From assembly GCA_965215125.1 (NCBI GenBank), contig OZ244052.1:1792001-1856000 (forward strand): a DNA stretch of 64,000 bases, in the 5' to 3' direction. Shown here piece by piece: positions 1 through 10,770 of the stretch (position 1 is the stretch's first letter; every line of letters begins with the position of its first letter). This stretch comes from an uncultured candidatus Porisulfidus sp. Its GTDB lineage: Bacteria; Pseudomonadota; Gammaproteobacteria; Poriferisulfidales; Oxydemutatoraceae. A program made the position numbers and the translations under genes. The notes below the pieces were generated by a model. The model searched no databases. It saw nothing but the letters and a program-made list of their open reading frames with translations, and had not been told where the DNA came from.

Positions 1-1
1 T

Positions 2-493
2 ATATCACCCGAGCTGTTGACGGAGAAAAATGCGATACAGGATTTCTTGAACCCCGATTGCAGGGTGATCGGGGGCGAACCCGAGCATAGTCGTGCATTA
101 CAAAAGTTGTACGAAGATTACAGCGAGTGCCAACCATGTAAGGTGGGATATTGTAGTGCGGTGAATGCGGCTTACATTAAGTATATGCGGAATACTTATT
201 TAGCAATAAAGGTCAGCATGATGAATCAGTTCTACGATTTATTTGAAAAGATGGATAGCACCGACAGTTGGGAAGACATCGCAACGATATTGCATTATGA
301 TTCAAGGTTGGGTGGCAGTCATTATAATGTGCCGGGACACGACGGCGATCGGGGTTGGGGAGGAAAATGTTTGCCTAAGGATTCGGGGGCTTTATATCAT
401 TATGCCGTAGGGCAGGATATTGAGATGACTTTGCTCAAGGCGGCATTGGAATACAATAAAAAGATCAGAAAAAAGATTGATTGGGTTAAGTAG
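2..493 (+). CDS. UDP-glucose/GDP-mannose dehydrogenase family protein, 5'-truncated by window edge
   Basis: Frame open from position 2 (ISPELLTE...); motifs KYMRNTYLAIKVS and PG...GWGGKCLPKD (catalytic Cys of nucleotide-sugar dehydrogenases). Confidence 0.85.
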   Translation: MSPELLTEKNAIQDFLNPDCRVIGGEPEHSRALQKLYEDYSECQPCKVGYCSAVNAAYIKYMRNTYLAIKVSMMNQFYDLFEKMDSTDSWEDIATILHYDSRLGGSHYNVPGHDGDRGWGGKCLPKDSGALYHYAVGQDIEMTLLKAALEYNKKIRKKIDWVK

Positions 494-524
494 TTTGTCG
501 GTGGCACGGTTGTAAATCACCTCT

Positions 525-589
525 TGGAAAGGCTTTACATTTTGTAAGCATTTTAGGGTTCTGCACAATGTCAAGCCTGCCCTCTACAG
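525..589. repeat. Partial copy of modular intergenic repeat family
   Basis: TGGAAAGGCTTTACATTTTG...GGGTTCTGCACAATGTCA also at ~48945-48993 and ~56015-56065; ends in CTGCCCCTAC (REP-like half-site). Confidence 0.75.
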
Positions 590-607
590 GAGGAAAATAA
601 TTTGTTA

Positions 608-976
608 CTACGGTTTGACGACGATGGCTTGAGCGACCGCATAGCTTGCTTCGTCGCTGATGCTCACTAGGATGTTTTGTTCGGTTGTTTGTTTCTCGCT
701 TTGATGTAGTGTGGCATAAGGTTTGCCGGATCGGTTGCGTTTAATCAGTATTGATTTAGGGTACAGATTTTCGGCAAAACCGCTACCGATAGCTTTGCTA
801 ACCGCCTCTTTGGCGGCAAACTGACGGGCAAGAAAAGCCGCCTTGTCTTTGCGCTCGCTATAGTCGGTATATTCTTGCGGGTGAAGGATGCGTTTGGGAA
901 ATCGCTCCGGATATTTTCCCAGTATACGCTTGATTCTATTAATGCTAACGATGTCTATACCGATGCCGTAAATCAT
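608..976 (-). CDS. acpS: Holo-ACP synthase
   Basis: [27 protein letters not shown] motifs; follows pdxJ. Confidence 0.95.
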   Translation of the reverse strand: MIYGIGIDIVSINRIKRILGKYPERFPKRILHPQEYTDYSERKDKAAFLARQFAAKEAVSKAIGSGFAENLYPKSILIKRNRSGKPYATLHQSEKQTTEQNILVSISDEASYAVAQAIVVKP

Positions 977-1716
977 TTTGACGACTCGTCGGCTTGTGTT
1001 ATGGTTCTTTTGAATGTTCGCACCGCTTCTTTAAGGCCGACAAAAACCGCATCGGCAACAATGGCATGACCGATATTTAATTCTTGGATTTGTGAGATCG
1101 CAGCGATGGCCCCTACATTATCTAATGTTAGTCCGTGTCCGGCATTGACTTGCAATCCGAGTTCTGCTCCTTGACGAGCAGCCTCTACGATACGCCGATG
1201 TGCTTGTTGTTGTATGTCGCCCGTTGTCCCGGCATATTCGCCGGTATGCAGTTCAACGATTTCAGCTCCGCACTGCACCGCCAACTCTAAAACGGACAAA
1301 TCGGGTTCTACAAAGAGTGAAACGGCAATACCTGCGGCACGCAGTGTCTCGCATACACTTGCAATACGCTTGCGATGCTTACGAACATCCAATCCGCCTT
1401 CGGTGGTAAGTTCTTCGCGTCTTTCAGGCACCAAGCAGCAATAGTCGGGCTTGACCCGAAGTGCAATCCCAAGCATCTCGGCCGTCGCTGCCATTTCCAA
1501 GTTTAGGTGCGTGCCGACACATTCACGAGCGAGATAGACATCGGCATCCTGGATATGTCGGCGGTCTTCGCGCAGATGAATCGTAATCCCGTCGGCTCCT
1601 CCTGCTTCGGCTTCGGCAACGGCGCGGCGAAAATCCGGGTAGGGGGTGTAGCGGGCTTGGCGCAAGTTTGCGACATGGTCTATATTAACGCCCAAAGTGG
1701 TTCGAAAATTTTTCAT
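973..1716 (-). CDS. pdxJ: Pyridoxine 5'-phosphate synthase
   Basis: [43 protein letters not shown]. Confidence 0.97.
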   Translation of the reverse strand: MKNFRTTLGVNIDHVANLRQARYTPYPDFRRAVAEAEAGGADGITIHLREDRRHIQDADVYLARECVGTHLNLEMAATAEMLGIALRVKPDYCCLVPERREELTTEGGLDVRKHRKRIASVCETLRAAGIAVSLFVEPDLSVLELAVQCGAEIVELHTGEYAGTTGDIQQQAHRRIVEAARQGAELGLQVNAGHGLTLDNVGAIAAISQIQELNIGHAIVADAVFVGLKEAVRTFKRTITQADESSK

Positions 1717-2666
1717 AGCCTGTTTGTTTGGGATTGATTTCTTAGCATTGCGATATCATCCTCGGCTTGTTCCTGAAGCATACGTTTACCGTGTTGCTTG
1801 CTTTGAGTCTTAACATTCAATTTCAAATAGGTCGGTAAGCTAAGCGTATTCTCGATCGCCTTTCGGGCGGCGGTTCCTATCGCCTTAAGCCGACTGCCTT
1901 GCTTGCCTATTACGATGGCGCGCTGATTGTCTTTCAGAACCCATAAAAAGGCCTCTATACGCAACCGGTTTTCCAGTATTTCAACCGCTGAAACTTCTAC
2001 ATCCATCGTATAGGGAATTTCCTCGTGCAGATAGCGCATGACTTGTTCGTAGACTAGTTCCTGAACGATTACCTTAGGTCTTTGATGGCTGTTCGGGTCT
2101 CCTTTGAAGATAAAATCGGCTTGCGGAAGCAGTGTCTTAACCTCGGCTTTGAGCTTGCCGAAATCTTTATCCCTACGCGCCGAGAGCGGCACGATTGCAG
2201 AGAAACCATGCCCGCGAATTTTATCTATAGTAGTTAGAAGCGATTGTTTCTCTTTGAGTAAGTCCGTTTTGTTAAGTACTAAAACACAGGGTGAGACACC
2301 CGATTGTATAATCTTCAATGCCGAATCGTCGGTCTGTGTCCACATTCTACTATCAACAACCAGCATCACCAGATCGACACCCAGCATAGCTGCCTTGGCA
2401 TTGCGATTTAGCATACGATTCCAGGGATGATGTATGCTCTCGTTCAACCCCGGTGAATCTATAAAGATTATTTGGGCATCGCCTTCGGTCAATACGCCTT
2501 GTATGTTATGACGGGTGGTTTGCGCCTTATGCGTCACCGCAGCCCAATGATGCCCGATCAGGCGGTTGAACAGGGTTGATTTCCCTACGTTCGGTCTGCC
2601 GCACAAAGCGACAAAACCGCAACGGCGTGCGGTCGGTATATTCGGTGTAGCTTGAGTCTCTATCAT
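1713..2666 (-). CDS. era: GTPase Era
   Basis: [23 protein letters not shown]-like [10 protein letters not shown]; in rnc-era operon. Confidence 0.95.
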   Translation of the reverse strand: MIETQATPNIPTARRCGFVALCGRPNVGKSTLFNRLIGHHWAAVTHKAQTTRHNIQGVLTEGDAQIIFIDSPGLNESIHHPWNRMLNRNAKAAMLGVDLVMLVVDSRMWTQTDDSALKIIQSGVSPCVLVLNKTDLLKEKQSLLTTIDKIRGHGFSAIVPLSARRDKDFGKLKAEVKTLLPQADFIFKGDPNSHQRPKVIVQELVYEQVMRYLHEEIPYTMDVEVSAVEILENRLRIEAFLWVLKDNQRAIVIGKQGSRLKAIGTAARKAIENTLSLPTYLKLNVKTQSKQHGKRMLQEQAEDDIAMLRNQSQTNRL

Positions 2667-3307
2667 TTACGCTTGAGATTATGCAACATTAAGCGAGCCG
2701 CTTGCTGTTCGGCATCGCGTTTAGTCCTCCCCTTACCTTCGGTTTGTCCTTGCCCAACCTTGCAGATCATACAAAAGCCCTGTTGTGTAGACTCCTTGAG
2801 TTGATATTCAGGGAGGGGAGAACCGCGTGCTTGTAGATACTCCTGCAACCGACTTTTAGCGTCGCTAAAATTGCCTGAACCGGACAATTGCTTGAGGTGT
2901 CCGGCATAAATTTGCCGGATGAACTGCCATGTAGGCTGCAAGCCTTGATATAAATAAAATGCGCCTATGATTGCCTCCACGGTATCCGCCAATATGGCAT
3001 TGCTTAATTGACCGGTTTTTTGTCCACGACCTAACTGGAGCCATTTCCTTAGATGGAGCTTACTCGCTATATCGGATAATGTTTCTTTGCGTACCAAACG
3101 AGCGCGCATTCGGGTAAGTTGTCCCTCCGGCTTATCGGGAAAATTGTTATAAAGATATTCGGAAATTAATAGTTGCAGAACCGCATCGCCGAGAAACTCT
3201 AAACGCTCATTATGTTCCTTAGCATAGCTACGGTGCGTGATTGCTTGTTTGAATAATTGGTGATTTCTAAAATCTTCGCTTAAAAGTTTTTCCAGTTCCA
3301 TATTCAA
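2663..3307 (-). CDS. rnc: Ribonuclease III
   Basis: HNERLEFLGDAVL signature; C-terminal dsRBD (KSRLQEYLQ...AEQQAA). Confidence 0.97.
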   Translation of the reverse strand: MNMELEKLLSEDFRNHQLFKQAITHRSYAKEHNERLEFLGDAVLQLLISEYLYNNFPDKPEGQLTRMRARLVRKETLSDIASKLHLRKWLQLGRGQKTGQLSNAILADTVEAIIGAFYLYQGLQPTWQFIRQIYAGHLKQLSGSGNFSDAKSRLQEYLQARGSPLPEYQLKESTQQGFCMICKVGQGQTEGKGRTKRDAEQQAARLMLHNLKRK

Positions 3308-3314
3308 GTTGTAT

Positions 3315-4100
3315 TTATCGTATGCTGTTGCCTATTCTAGAAAATCCGATTTGCGCATCTTGATGATTCCAGTTCATCCAAATCAAGAATGCCTTTCCTA
3401 CCAGATTTTGTTCTGGAACAAATCCCCACACTCGGCTGTCGTTGCTGTTATCCCTGTTATCTCCCATTACGAAATAATTGGCTTCGGGAATTTGCCATTC
3501 GTTTTCTAATCCTTTCATGGAAATATCGGCAACGAGGATATTGTGTTTAACATCGCCCAGATACTCGGTTCTCTCGAATAAATCGGTACCGTAAATGTTT
3601 GTGTAAGGTTTGTTGCCGTCTTCCACTTGGGTAATCGGGACACCGTTGATATGCAGTTGTTTGTTTTTATAGACAACCTTGTCGCCGGGAATACCGACAA
3701 CGCGTTTAATATAGTCCTTGGTTGAGTCTTTGGGATAGCGAAAAACCACAACATCGCCTCTTTGTGGCACATCCATTTCTATTAGCGTGTTATGTAACAC
3801 CGGTAGCTTGAGTCCATAAGTGAACTTGTTGACCATAATAAAGTCGCCGATTTCCAAAGTCGGTAGCATTGAGCCCGAGGGGATTCTAAACGGTTCTATG
3901 ATGAAACTTCGTATCAATAGAACGATCAATAGAATTGGGAAGAAAGAAGCTGCGTTATCGGCGATGCGAAAGGATAGGCTGGGTGTTTGTTCCGATTTCT
4001 TATCATAGTCGTCGGACCTGTGATAGACCTTGAGAACCAAAGCAAGCAAGCCGGTGATGACAGTGGCAAGCACTAAAAAGAATTCAAGGTCGTAATCCAT
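3315..4100 (-). CDS. lepB: Signal peptidase I
   Basis: EPFRIPSGSMLPTL (catalytic Ser), YIKRVVG (catalytic Lys), GDNRDNSNDSR. Confidence 0.97.
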   Translation of the reverse strand: MDYDLEFFLVLATVITGLLALVLKVYHRSDDYDKKSEQTPSLSFRIADNAASFFPILLIVLLIRSFIIEPFRIPSGSMLPTLEIGDFIMVNKFTYGLKLPVLHNTLIEMDVPQRGDVVVFRYPKDSTKDYIKRVVGIPGDKVVYKNKQLHINGVPITQVEDGNKPYTNIYGTDLFERTEYLGDVKHNILVADISMKGLENEWQIPEANYFVMGDNRDNSNDSRVWGFVPEQNLVGKAFLIWMNWNHQDAQIGFSRIGNSIR

Positions 4101-4161
4101 ATACTCTAGAACAAAGAAGAAAACTCTGCTTATCCATGCGGTAGCAGCGTGTCAAATAAAC

Positions 4162-4278
4162 GCTTGGCGGTGTCCTACTCTCACACAGGGAAGCCCTGTA
4201 CTACCATCGGCGATGCGCCATTTCACTTCCGAGTTCGGGATGGGATCGGGTGGTACTAACGCTCTATGGCCGCCAAGC
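4162..4278 (-). rRNA. rrf: 5S ribosomal RNA (stand-alone)
   Basis: Minus strand reads GCTTGGCGGCCATAGAGCG...CCACCCGATCCCATCCCGAACTCGGAAGTGAAA...GCCGATGGTAGT...GAGAGTAGGACACCGCCAAGC; complementary termini, ~117 nt. Confidence 0.95.
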
Positions 4279-4517
4279 AAATAAGCTGTTTGCAGTCTTT
4301 GCGACAATCTACCGTATCAATAATTGGCTATAAGATATACTAAGACGACAAAAACTGCGATAAAAGAGACTGTAGCAATTAAGTTAGTTATAGCAGGTTT
4401 CATATATTTCACTCCTTAAATATTTTTGCTAATTATAGCATAGTTATCATAAAAAAAGAGGGATGAGTTTGTAGATTATCGCATGTCATTCTGCTTTTTT
4501 CTCTATATGCTCTCGAT

Positions 4518-5456
4518 TTATGATTCCCAATCGTACCCCGAGAAAAAGTCGTATTGCTCTATCAACGATGCAACCTTTTGTTTTTGATCCGATGTCCAGT
4601 CAAAATTAAATCGCCTTCTATTAGGTTTTTCGTCAACGCAAGAAGAACAGTCATCTAGATAATCGGGAGATACGGACACTTGTGCAAACTGGCATAGCTT
4701 AGTCAACTGTAAACTCGGATCTGCAACCATTTCTTCATGTTTAGATACGAATATATCTCGAGGAGCTACTTGCTCGGCAAGTTTTATATTCTCTTTGGAC
4801 AATTTCTCAACAAACGATATAGCCTTTGTGGTTATTGGCTTTTGGGTGGAGTCTTTGTATTTAGTCGTTCTGCTTGTTTTATTGGCGATCATATCGTAAG
4901 GATTGCGAACCGTTAAAATGAATTTCAAGCGAATATCCCTTTCCTCAAGTCTTTTTTTGAAGGTCGTAAATTGACGCTTATCGGATAAACATTTTGTGGT
5001 TTGGCTAGAGCATTTGATTCCTAAAACTTTTAGTGTCTCAAAACGACCTTGATATTGATTAGGTACTAATATGTATCGCCCCTGTCTTGTACCTTCAGGA
5101 AAAAGAATAGTATTATTATCTTTTCTCTCTTTTTTTATTAGCCATCGTATATGATCCACCATTAAAATTACATTAAATATTTTATTTAAGTCTGCCGAGT
5201 ATAGACCATTTATTTTATTTATTCCATTTATATCGTTTATATCCAATGCAACCGGTTCACCGAAAAGAATGGCAGGTTGATCGGCGACGACCATGCCGGG
5301 ATGCGCGGTTAGTAAATAGCCGAGTAGTGATGACCCTGAACCGGAAAAACCTATGGTCAATAACATCACTCGTACGTCTTCAAGAGATTTCTCCCATAAA
5401 TCTTTTTTCGGTTGTATAAGTTCTAAAAGCTCTTTTTTATACGAGGAGCGTGCCAT
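4518..5456 (-). CDS. Sulfotransferase-family protein (paralog 1)
   Basis: IGFSGSGSSLLGYLLTAHP (5'-PSB-like), FILTVRNPYD (3'-PB-like), HEEMVADP...L..LCQF. Confidence 0.7.
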   Translation of the reverse strand: MARSSYKKELLELIQPKKDLWEKSLEDVRVMLLTIGFSGSGSSLLGYLLTAHPGMVVADQPAILFGEPVALDINDINGINKINGLYSADLNKIFNVILMVDHIRWLIKKERKDNNTILFPEGTRQGRYILVPNQYQGRFETLKVLGIKCSSQTTKCLSDKRQFTTFKKRLEERDIRLKFILTVRNPYDMIANKTSRTTKYKDSTQKPITTKAISFVEKLSKENIKLAEQVAPRDIFVSKHEEMVADPSLQLTKLCQFAQVSVSPDYLDDCSSCVDEKPNRRRFNFDWTSDQKQKVASLIEQYDFFSGYDWES

Positions 5457-5484
5457 CTTTCTAACCTACTTTCTGTTGCTTTAT

Positions 5485-6444
5485 TTACGATTCCCAATCG
5501 TATCCCGAGAAAAAGTCGTATTGTTCTATCAACGATGCAACCTTTTCTTTTTGTTCCGATGTCCAATCAAATTCAAATCGTCTTTTATTAGGTTTTTCAT
5601 CAACACAAGAAGCACAGCTGTCTAGATAATCGGGAGATGCCGGCACTTGGGCAATTTCGCATATCTTGGTCAATTGCAGTTTCGGATCTTCGACCATTGC
5701 CTCATGTTTGGATACAAACACATCTTGGGAGTCTACTTGTGTAAGAATTTTTATATTATTTTCAGATAACTGAGCAATATACGATATACTCATGTTTAAT
5801 AATTTTTCTGAATGAAAATCTTTTTTTTCGCGTTTCTTGTAGAACATAGTTTTTTTTGCTCTGAGACTAATCATATCATAAGGGTTGCGGATAGTTAAAA
5901 TGAATTTCAGGTAAACTCCCTTTTCCTCAAGCCTTTCTTTGAAGGTTTTTAATACATCATCTCTAGATAAACATCTCACGTTATTCCGGGAATGTTTGAC
6001 TCCTATGACTTCCAGTGTTTCAAAACGACCTTGATATTGATCGGGCATTAATAGATAACGTTTTGTTTTATTAAATCCGGTTAAGAAAGTAGCCTTATTT
6101 TCTCTGGGAAAGTTTCTCTTTTTTGCTACTAACCATCGCACATAATCTAAACCCAAAGCGACATTAAATATCTTGTTTAAGGCTGCCGAGTATAAACAAT
6201 CTTCACTTTCCAGTTCTATTCCGTTTATATTATTCATGTTTTTCTCAAGCAGGCTTCCTTTATCAAAAACAAAGGGTTCATCGGCAACAACCATGCGGGG
6301 ATGTGCCGTTAGTAAATAACCGGCCAACGATGACCCGGAACCGGGAAAACCTATAGTTAGCAACATTACTCGTATATCCTTAAGAGATTTCTCCCATAAA
6401 TCCTTTTTTGGTCGTATAAGTTCTAAAAGAGTTTGTTTATTCAT
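5485..6444 (-). CDS. Sulfotransferase-family protein (paralog 2)
   Basis: Same motifs (IGFPGSGSSLAGYLLTAHP, FILTIRNPYD); identical C-terminus KVASLIEQYDFFSGYDWES. Confidence 0.7.
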   Translation of the reverse strand: MNKQTLLELIRPKKDLWEKSLKDIRVMLLTIGFPGSGSSLAGYLLTAHPRMVVADEPFVFDKGSLLEKNMNNINGIELESEDCLYSAALNKIFNVALGLDYVRWLVAKKRNFPRENKATFLTGFNKTKRYLLMPDQYQGRFETLEVIGVKHSRNNVRCLSRDDVLKTFKERLEEKGVYLKFILTIRNPYDMISLRAKKTMFYKKREKKDFHSEKLLNMSISYIAQLSENNIKILTQVDSQDVFVSKHEAMVEDPKLQLTKICEIAQVPASPDYLDSCASCVDEKPNKRRFEFDWTSEQKEKVASLIEQYDFFSGYDWES

Positions 6445-6674
6445 CGTATGGCCTTAAGCAGAAAATAACGAGGCTTAATGATATAAATGATTGTAAGTAA
6501 TGTATTTTTGTTGACTGTTATCTACCTGCTCCAATGCGACGAAAGTGCGCTGTGTGAAGTGCATAGTATAACATTCTTTTCCCATTTGTATGTGACATCG
6601 TTCTTTTGAAAAGACTGGAAATTAGACACAAGCCCTTTGCGTGTCCTGATTGGATAAACGACAATATATCAGTA

Positions 6675-8528
6675 CTAAAAGGCATTCGGGTTGCTAACCG
6701 GGTCTACGATTTCTTCCTCTTCGGGTAGATATTCGTCTTCTTTGCGGCCACGGATATAATCGCCGGTAATCATTTGTCTATAGGTTGCCCCCGGACTCAC
6801 CATCGGATAGACACCGGCGTCTTGATCTATGATGACTTCTAAAAATGCAGGTGTCTTTGTCTCTATGAATTCCTTGATATAGGTTCTTAATTTTTCTCGT
6901 TGATCAATGCGTTTAGCGAAGGGAAAACCGTCTGCTTTGGCTGCTTGCACGAAGTCTTTACGAAATAGAGATTTATCGCTTCCCGAAAAGCGGTTTTTGA
7001 AGAAGGTTTTCTGCCATTGCCGCACCATGCCGTCGCCGTAGTTATTGAGCAACAGTATTTTTACCGGCAAGTCATAAGTAATAACTGTTTCCAGCTCGCC
7101 TATATTCATTCTCAAACTGCCGTCGCCGTCTATGTCGCAGACTATTTTATCGGGACAAGCGAATTGTGCGCCTATTGCAGCCGGCAAACCAAAACCCATC
7201 GTTCCCATAGATCCCGAAGTTAGCCAACTTCTAGGATTTTTATAATCCAGATATTGTGCTGCCCACATTTGATGTTGTCCTACACCGGTTGTGATGATAG
7301 CTTCACCGTGGGTTAATTCGTTTAATATCTCCAGTACTTCATAAGGTTGTACCAATTTGCTATTGTGGTCGTAGTCGAGTTTATGCTTTTGTTTTAGGTG
7401 CGCAATATGTCGGTGCCATTCGCTATAATCTTTGGAAAAGCCGTCGTCGTGCTTCATCAAATCGGATAACACGGCGCATGCATCGCCGTTGTGAGACCAA
7501 TCCGCTGCTATGACCTTATTGATTTCGGCGGTGTCAATATCAATGTGGAGTATCGCTTTTGCAGAGGGCGCAAAAGCGTCCGGACGACCGGCAACCCGAT
7601 CGTCAAAACGCGCACCGACTGCAATTAATAGATCGCAGTCTTCAACCGCATAATTTGCATAAGCGGTGCCGTGCATGCCTAGCATGTGCAGACTGAGCTC
7701 GTCGGTGGTATCGACCGACCCGATGCCCATCAGGGTGGTCACTACCGGGATACGATAGCGTTTTACGAAAGCCCGCAAGGCCTCCGATGCATCCGAGTTT
7801 ATAATGCCGCCTCCCACATAAAGTAGGGGGTGCTTCGATGCGTCTAAATAAGAGAAAAATTTCTTGACATGTTGTGGTTGTATGTAGTTCTGCATGACTT
7901 TATCTACTCTTACTTTGTAGCCCGGTAAATTTAACTTCGTATTACCGTCGTAGAACCCTTGCCAATTTTGTATGTCTTTAGGGATATCGACTACCACCGG
8001 ACCGGGACGACCGCTACCGGCAATTTCAAAAGCGGATCTAACGGTTGCCTCTAATTTTTCGGGGTCGGTTACAAGTAATACATGTTTGGCACACGACGAC
8101 ATGATATTGACGATAGGTGCTTCTTGAAAGGCGTCGGTTCCCATCGATGCGGTCGGCACTTGTCCACAGATGAGCACCATAGGCACCGAATCGGCAAAAG
8201 AATCTCGTATCGGAGTCACGCTGTTGGTTGCACCGGGACCCGAGGTTACCAACGCAACACCCGGTCGCCCGCTGGCGCGTGCATAACCCGCCGCCATAAA
8301 ACCCGCGCCTTGCTCATTGGCGGGGACGATGAGGTTGATCGGGTCGCGTCCTTGATTTTTGCGGTGCGCCTCGTTATAGAGAAATATCGCATCGTAAGTC
8401 GGCAATATCGCCCCGCCGCTATACCCAAAAATCGTATCCACACCCATATCCGCAAGTGTTCGAATAATAATTTCGGCACCTGAAAATTTAGTTTCCTCTT
8501 CCATTTGCGTTTCGTTTTTTGAGTCCAT
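6675..8528 (-). CDS. ilvB: Acetolactate synthase large subunit
   Basis: TSGPGATN, GTDAFQE, GMHG, GARFDDR, TGVGQHQMW, GTMGFGLP, TPP-binding GDGS...NN. Confidence 0.93.
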   Translation of the reverse strand: MDSKNETQMEEETKFSGAEIIIRTLADMGVDTIFGYSGGAILPTYDAIFLYNEAHRKNQGRDPINLIVPANEQGAGFMAAGYARASGRPGVALVTSGPGATNSVTPIRDSFADSVPMVLICGQVPTASMGTDAFQEAPIVNIMSSCAKHVLLVTDPEKLEATVRSAFEIAGSGRPGPVVVDIPKDIQNWQGFYDGNTKLNLPGYKVRVDKVMQNYIQPQHVKKFFSYLDASKHPLLYVGGGIINSDASEALRAFVKRYRIPVVTTLMGIGSVDTTDELSLHMLGMHGTAYANYAVEDCDLLIAVGARFDDRVAGRPDAFAPSAKAILHIDIDTAEINKVIAADWSHNGDACAVLSDLMKHDDGFSKDYSEWHRHIAHLKQKHKLDYDHNSKLVQPYEVLEILNELTHGEAIITTGVGQHQMWAAQYLDYKNPRSWLTSGSMGTMGFGLPAAIGAQFACPDKIVCDIDGDGSLRMNIGELETVITYDLPVKILLLNNYGDGMVRQWQKTFFKNRFSGSDKSLFRKDFVQAAKADGFPFAKRIDQREKLRTYIKEFIETKTPAFLEVIIDQDAGVYPMVSPGATYRQMITGDYIRGRKEDEYLPEEEEIVDPVSNPNAF

Positions 8529-8567
8529 ATCGGTTGTTACGTATTTTATAATAATGCCATAATTTAA

Positions 8568-9305
8568 TTATGGCAAGGCTAAGCCCGCCATTTGATAAAG
8601 ATGTTCGAGTTCTTCTTGGGTCATCGGTCTATGCATGCCTCTAGGCAAATTATCAGGCAATTCAAACCGACCGAAGCCGATGCGTATCAGTCTACTTACG
8701 AGTAAGCCTTGACTTGACCATAGTCGTCTAACCAAGCGATTGCGGCCTTCGGCAACGACCACTTTATACCAACATCTCTGTTTGGCATCGTAGTGTGCGC
8801 TTATTCGCTTAAAACAAGCGATGCCGTCCTTCAGTCTCACGCCGTTGCGTAAATTATCTATCGCAACAGCGGAAACCTCTCCTAGCACACGCACCGAGTA
8901 AGTGCGCTCTATTTGACTTGACGGGTGCATTAGGCGATGTGCAAGTTGTCCGTCGGTGCAGAACAAAAGCAAACCGGAGGTATTGATGTCAAGTCTGCCT
9001 ACCGATATCCAACGGCTATTTTTCAGCTGAGGTAAATTTTCAAATACGGTTTTGCGCGACTCGGGGTCGCTACGGCTGACTATGGTACCTAATGGTTTAT
9101 GATAGATAAGTGCTCGGTGATTCGGGTGTGCCGATAAATTGCATTCTTTATCCGAGATTGATATGCGATCGTTGCGGTTCGCTTTACTGCCTAAGTTGGC
9201 AACTTTGCCGTTGACTTTGATTTGTCCGTCTGCAATGAGCCGCTCTATTCGACGTCGCGAACCTACACCTGCATCGGCTAATAGTTTTTGTAATCTTTGC
9301 TGCAA
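8568..9305 (-). CDS. rluB: 23S rRNA pseudouridine synthase B (RsuA family)
   Basis: S4 domain RLQKLLA.AGVGSRR; GRLDINTSGLLL; EGRNR; downstream of scpB. Confidence 0.9.
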   Translation of the reverse strand: MQQRLQKLLADAGVGSRRRIERLIADGQIKVNGKVANLGSKANRNDRISISDKECNLSAHPNHRALIYHKPLGTIVSRSDPESRKTVFENLPQLKNSRWISVGRLDINTSGLLLFCTDGQLAHRLMHPSSQIERTYSVRVLGEVSAVAIDNLRNGVRLKDGIACFKRISAHYDAKQRCWYKVVVAEGRNRLVRRLWSSQGLLVSRLIRIGFGRFELPDNLPRGMHRPMTQEELEHLYQMAGLALP

Positions 9306-9317
9306 AGTGGTGTTTAT

Positions 9318-9980
9318 CTATCCTCTGTCGGTCGGAGTATCAATTTTATCGTTTGATCCCGATAGATGTTCGGCATCTTGAGCGGCGTTCGGCAAAGCAT
9401 CGGCAGTGACGGGTAGCACAAGTTGGGGATTTTTTGCCGTGACTTCTTCCACACTCTCTACTTCCGGCAATTCGGCTATTGAACGCATATTGAAATCATC
9501 TAAAAAGTCTTGTGTTGTGGCATAGAGTGCAGGTCTGCCCGGTACTTCTTTGTGTCCAACTATTTTTATCCAGCCGCGTTCCTCTAAGGTGCGTATCGTG
9601 CTAGTACTAACCGAAACACCGCGCACTTCTTCTATACCGGCACGCGTAATCGGCTGTCGGTAGGCAATGAGTGCCAAAGTTTCAAGGCATGCTTTGGAAT
9701 AGCGCGGTGGTTTATCTTCCCATAATTTTGTCAACCACGGTGCATGCTCGGCGCGTGTTTGATAACGATAGCCCGAGGCTACTTCGGTCAACTCTATGCC
9801 GCGATCCGCACAATCGTCGCTTAGATCTTTCAATACTGTTTTAAGCAGTTCGGTGTCCGGCAATTTGCCGTTTTCGCGCAATAGTTTTCTCATTTCCTTG
9901 AGGTTAATGGGGCGTGCCGATGCCATCAGTAGGGCTTCTACTATTCGTTTTAATCGCTGCTTTTCGGTTATCGGCGTCAT
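9318..9980 (-). CDS. scpB: SMC-Scp complex subunit ScpB
   Basis: LETLALIAYRQPITRA.IEEVRGV, PGRPALYATT; ATG at 9980 overlapping scpA stop chosen as start. Confidence 0.95.
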   Translation of the reverse strand: MTPITEKQRLKRIVEALLMASARPINLKEMRKLLRENGKLPDTELLKTVLKDLSDDCADRGIELTEVASGYRYQTRAEHAPWLTKLWEDKPPRYSKACLETLALIAYRQPITRAGIEEVRGVSVSTSTIRTLEERGWIKIVGHKEVPGRPALYATTQDFLDDFNMRSIAELPEVESVEEVTAKNPQLVLPVTADALPNAAQDAEHLSGSNDKIDTPTDRG

Positions 9981-10768
9981 CGTCTTCGCACATAAATCGG
10001 TGCCCAAAATCCGCTTTGGACGATCGTTATCATGTTAGCCTTCAGTAATTCGAGCAAGGCTAGAAACGCAACTATCACACCGGCTTGTCCTTCCTCGGCA
10101 CTGAAGCAATTTTTGAACTCCACGCGATGTTCGGAATCCAATAGTTTAAGGACTAAGTTTATGCGGTCGCTTACCAGCAAAGGTTCGGTGGTGATTTGGT
10201 GTTGTTGATAGAGTGCTACATTTGCCAGTGCTTCTCTATACGCAGTTGCTAAATCTTCCAGTTCTATTTGTGGTAAGGGCTTGACGATATGTAGTCCTTC
10301 GCAAGGTGTCTCAAATCCATAGTTTTCGCGTCCGCTACGGGGCATCGCGTCGAGGGATTCGGAAACGTTTTTGATGCGCTCGTACTCTATTAATCGGCGT
10401 ACTAAATCGGCACGCGGGTCTTCTTCCTCGTTGTCTTCGTCCTGTTCGTGGCGCGGCAGTAACATTCGCGATTTAATCTCCGCTAAAATTGCTACCATCA
10501 GCAAATACTCGGCAGCGAGCTCTATTTCCAGTTGTTTCATCAGTTCTATATATCGTATATATTGATCGGTAATTTTAGCAATCGGCAAACTCAGAATGTC
10601 GAGATTTTGTCGTCTGATTAAATAAAGTAGCAAATCTAGTGGCCCTTCAAAAGTCTCTAAAAATATTCGTAGCGCATTAGGTGGAATATACAGATCTTGA
10701 GGCAATTCGGTGGTTGACTCATCAGAGATGACTGCAAGTATCGGTTTTGATTGTGATGTTTTGTTCAT
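9977..10768 (-). CDS. scpA: SMC-Scp complex subunit ScpA
   Basis: FEGPLDLLLYLIR, AAEYLLM...IKSRMLLP, FLALLELLK. Confidence 0.95.
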   Translation of the reverse strand: MNKTSQSKPILAVISDESTTELPQDLYIPPNALRIFLETFEGPLDLLLYLIRRQNLDILSLPIAKITDQYIRYIELMKQLEIELAAEYLLMVAILAEIKSRMLLPRHEQDEDNEEEDPRADLVRRLIEYERIKNVSESLDAMPRSGRENYGFETPCEGLHIVKPLPQIELEDLATAYREALANVALYQQHQITTEPLLVSDRINLVLKLLDSEHRVEFKNCFSAEEGQAGVIVAFLALLELLKANMITIVQSGFWAPIYVRRR

Positions 10769-10770
10769 AA

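Noticed and set aside
5821-5857. Two T8 runs in sulfotransferase paralog 2 as phase-variable tracts
   Set aside because: Short A-runs encoding Lys are expected in such AT-rich genes, and the frame is intact.
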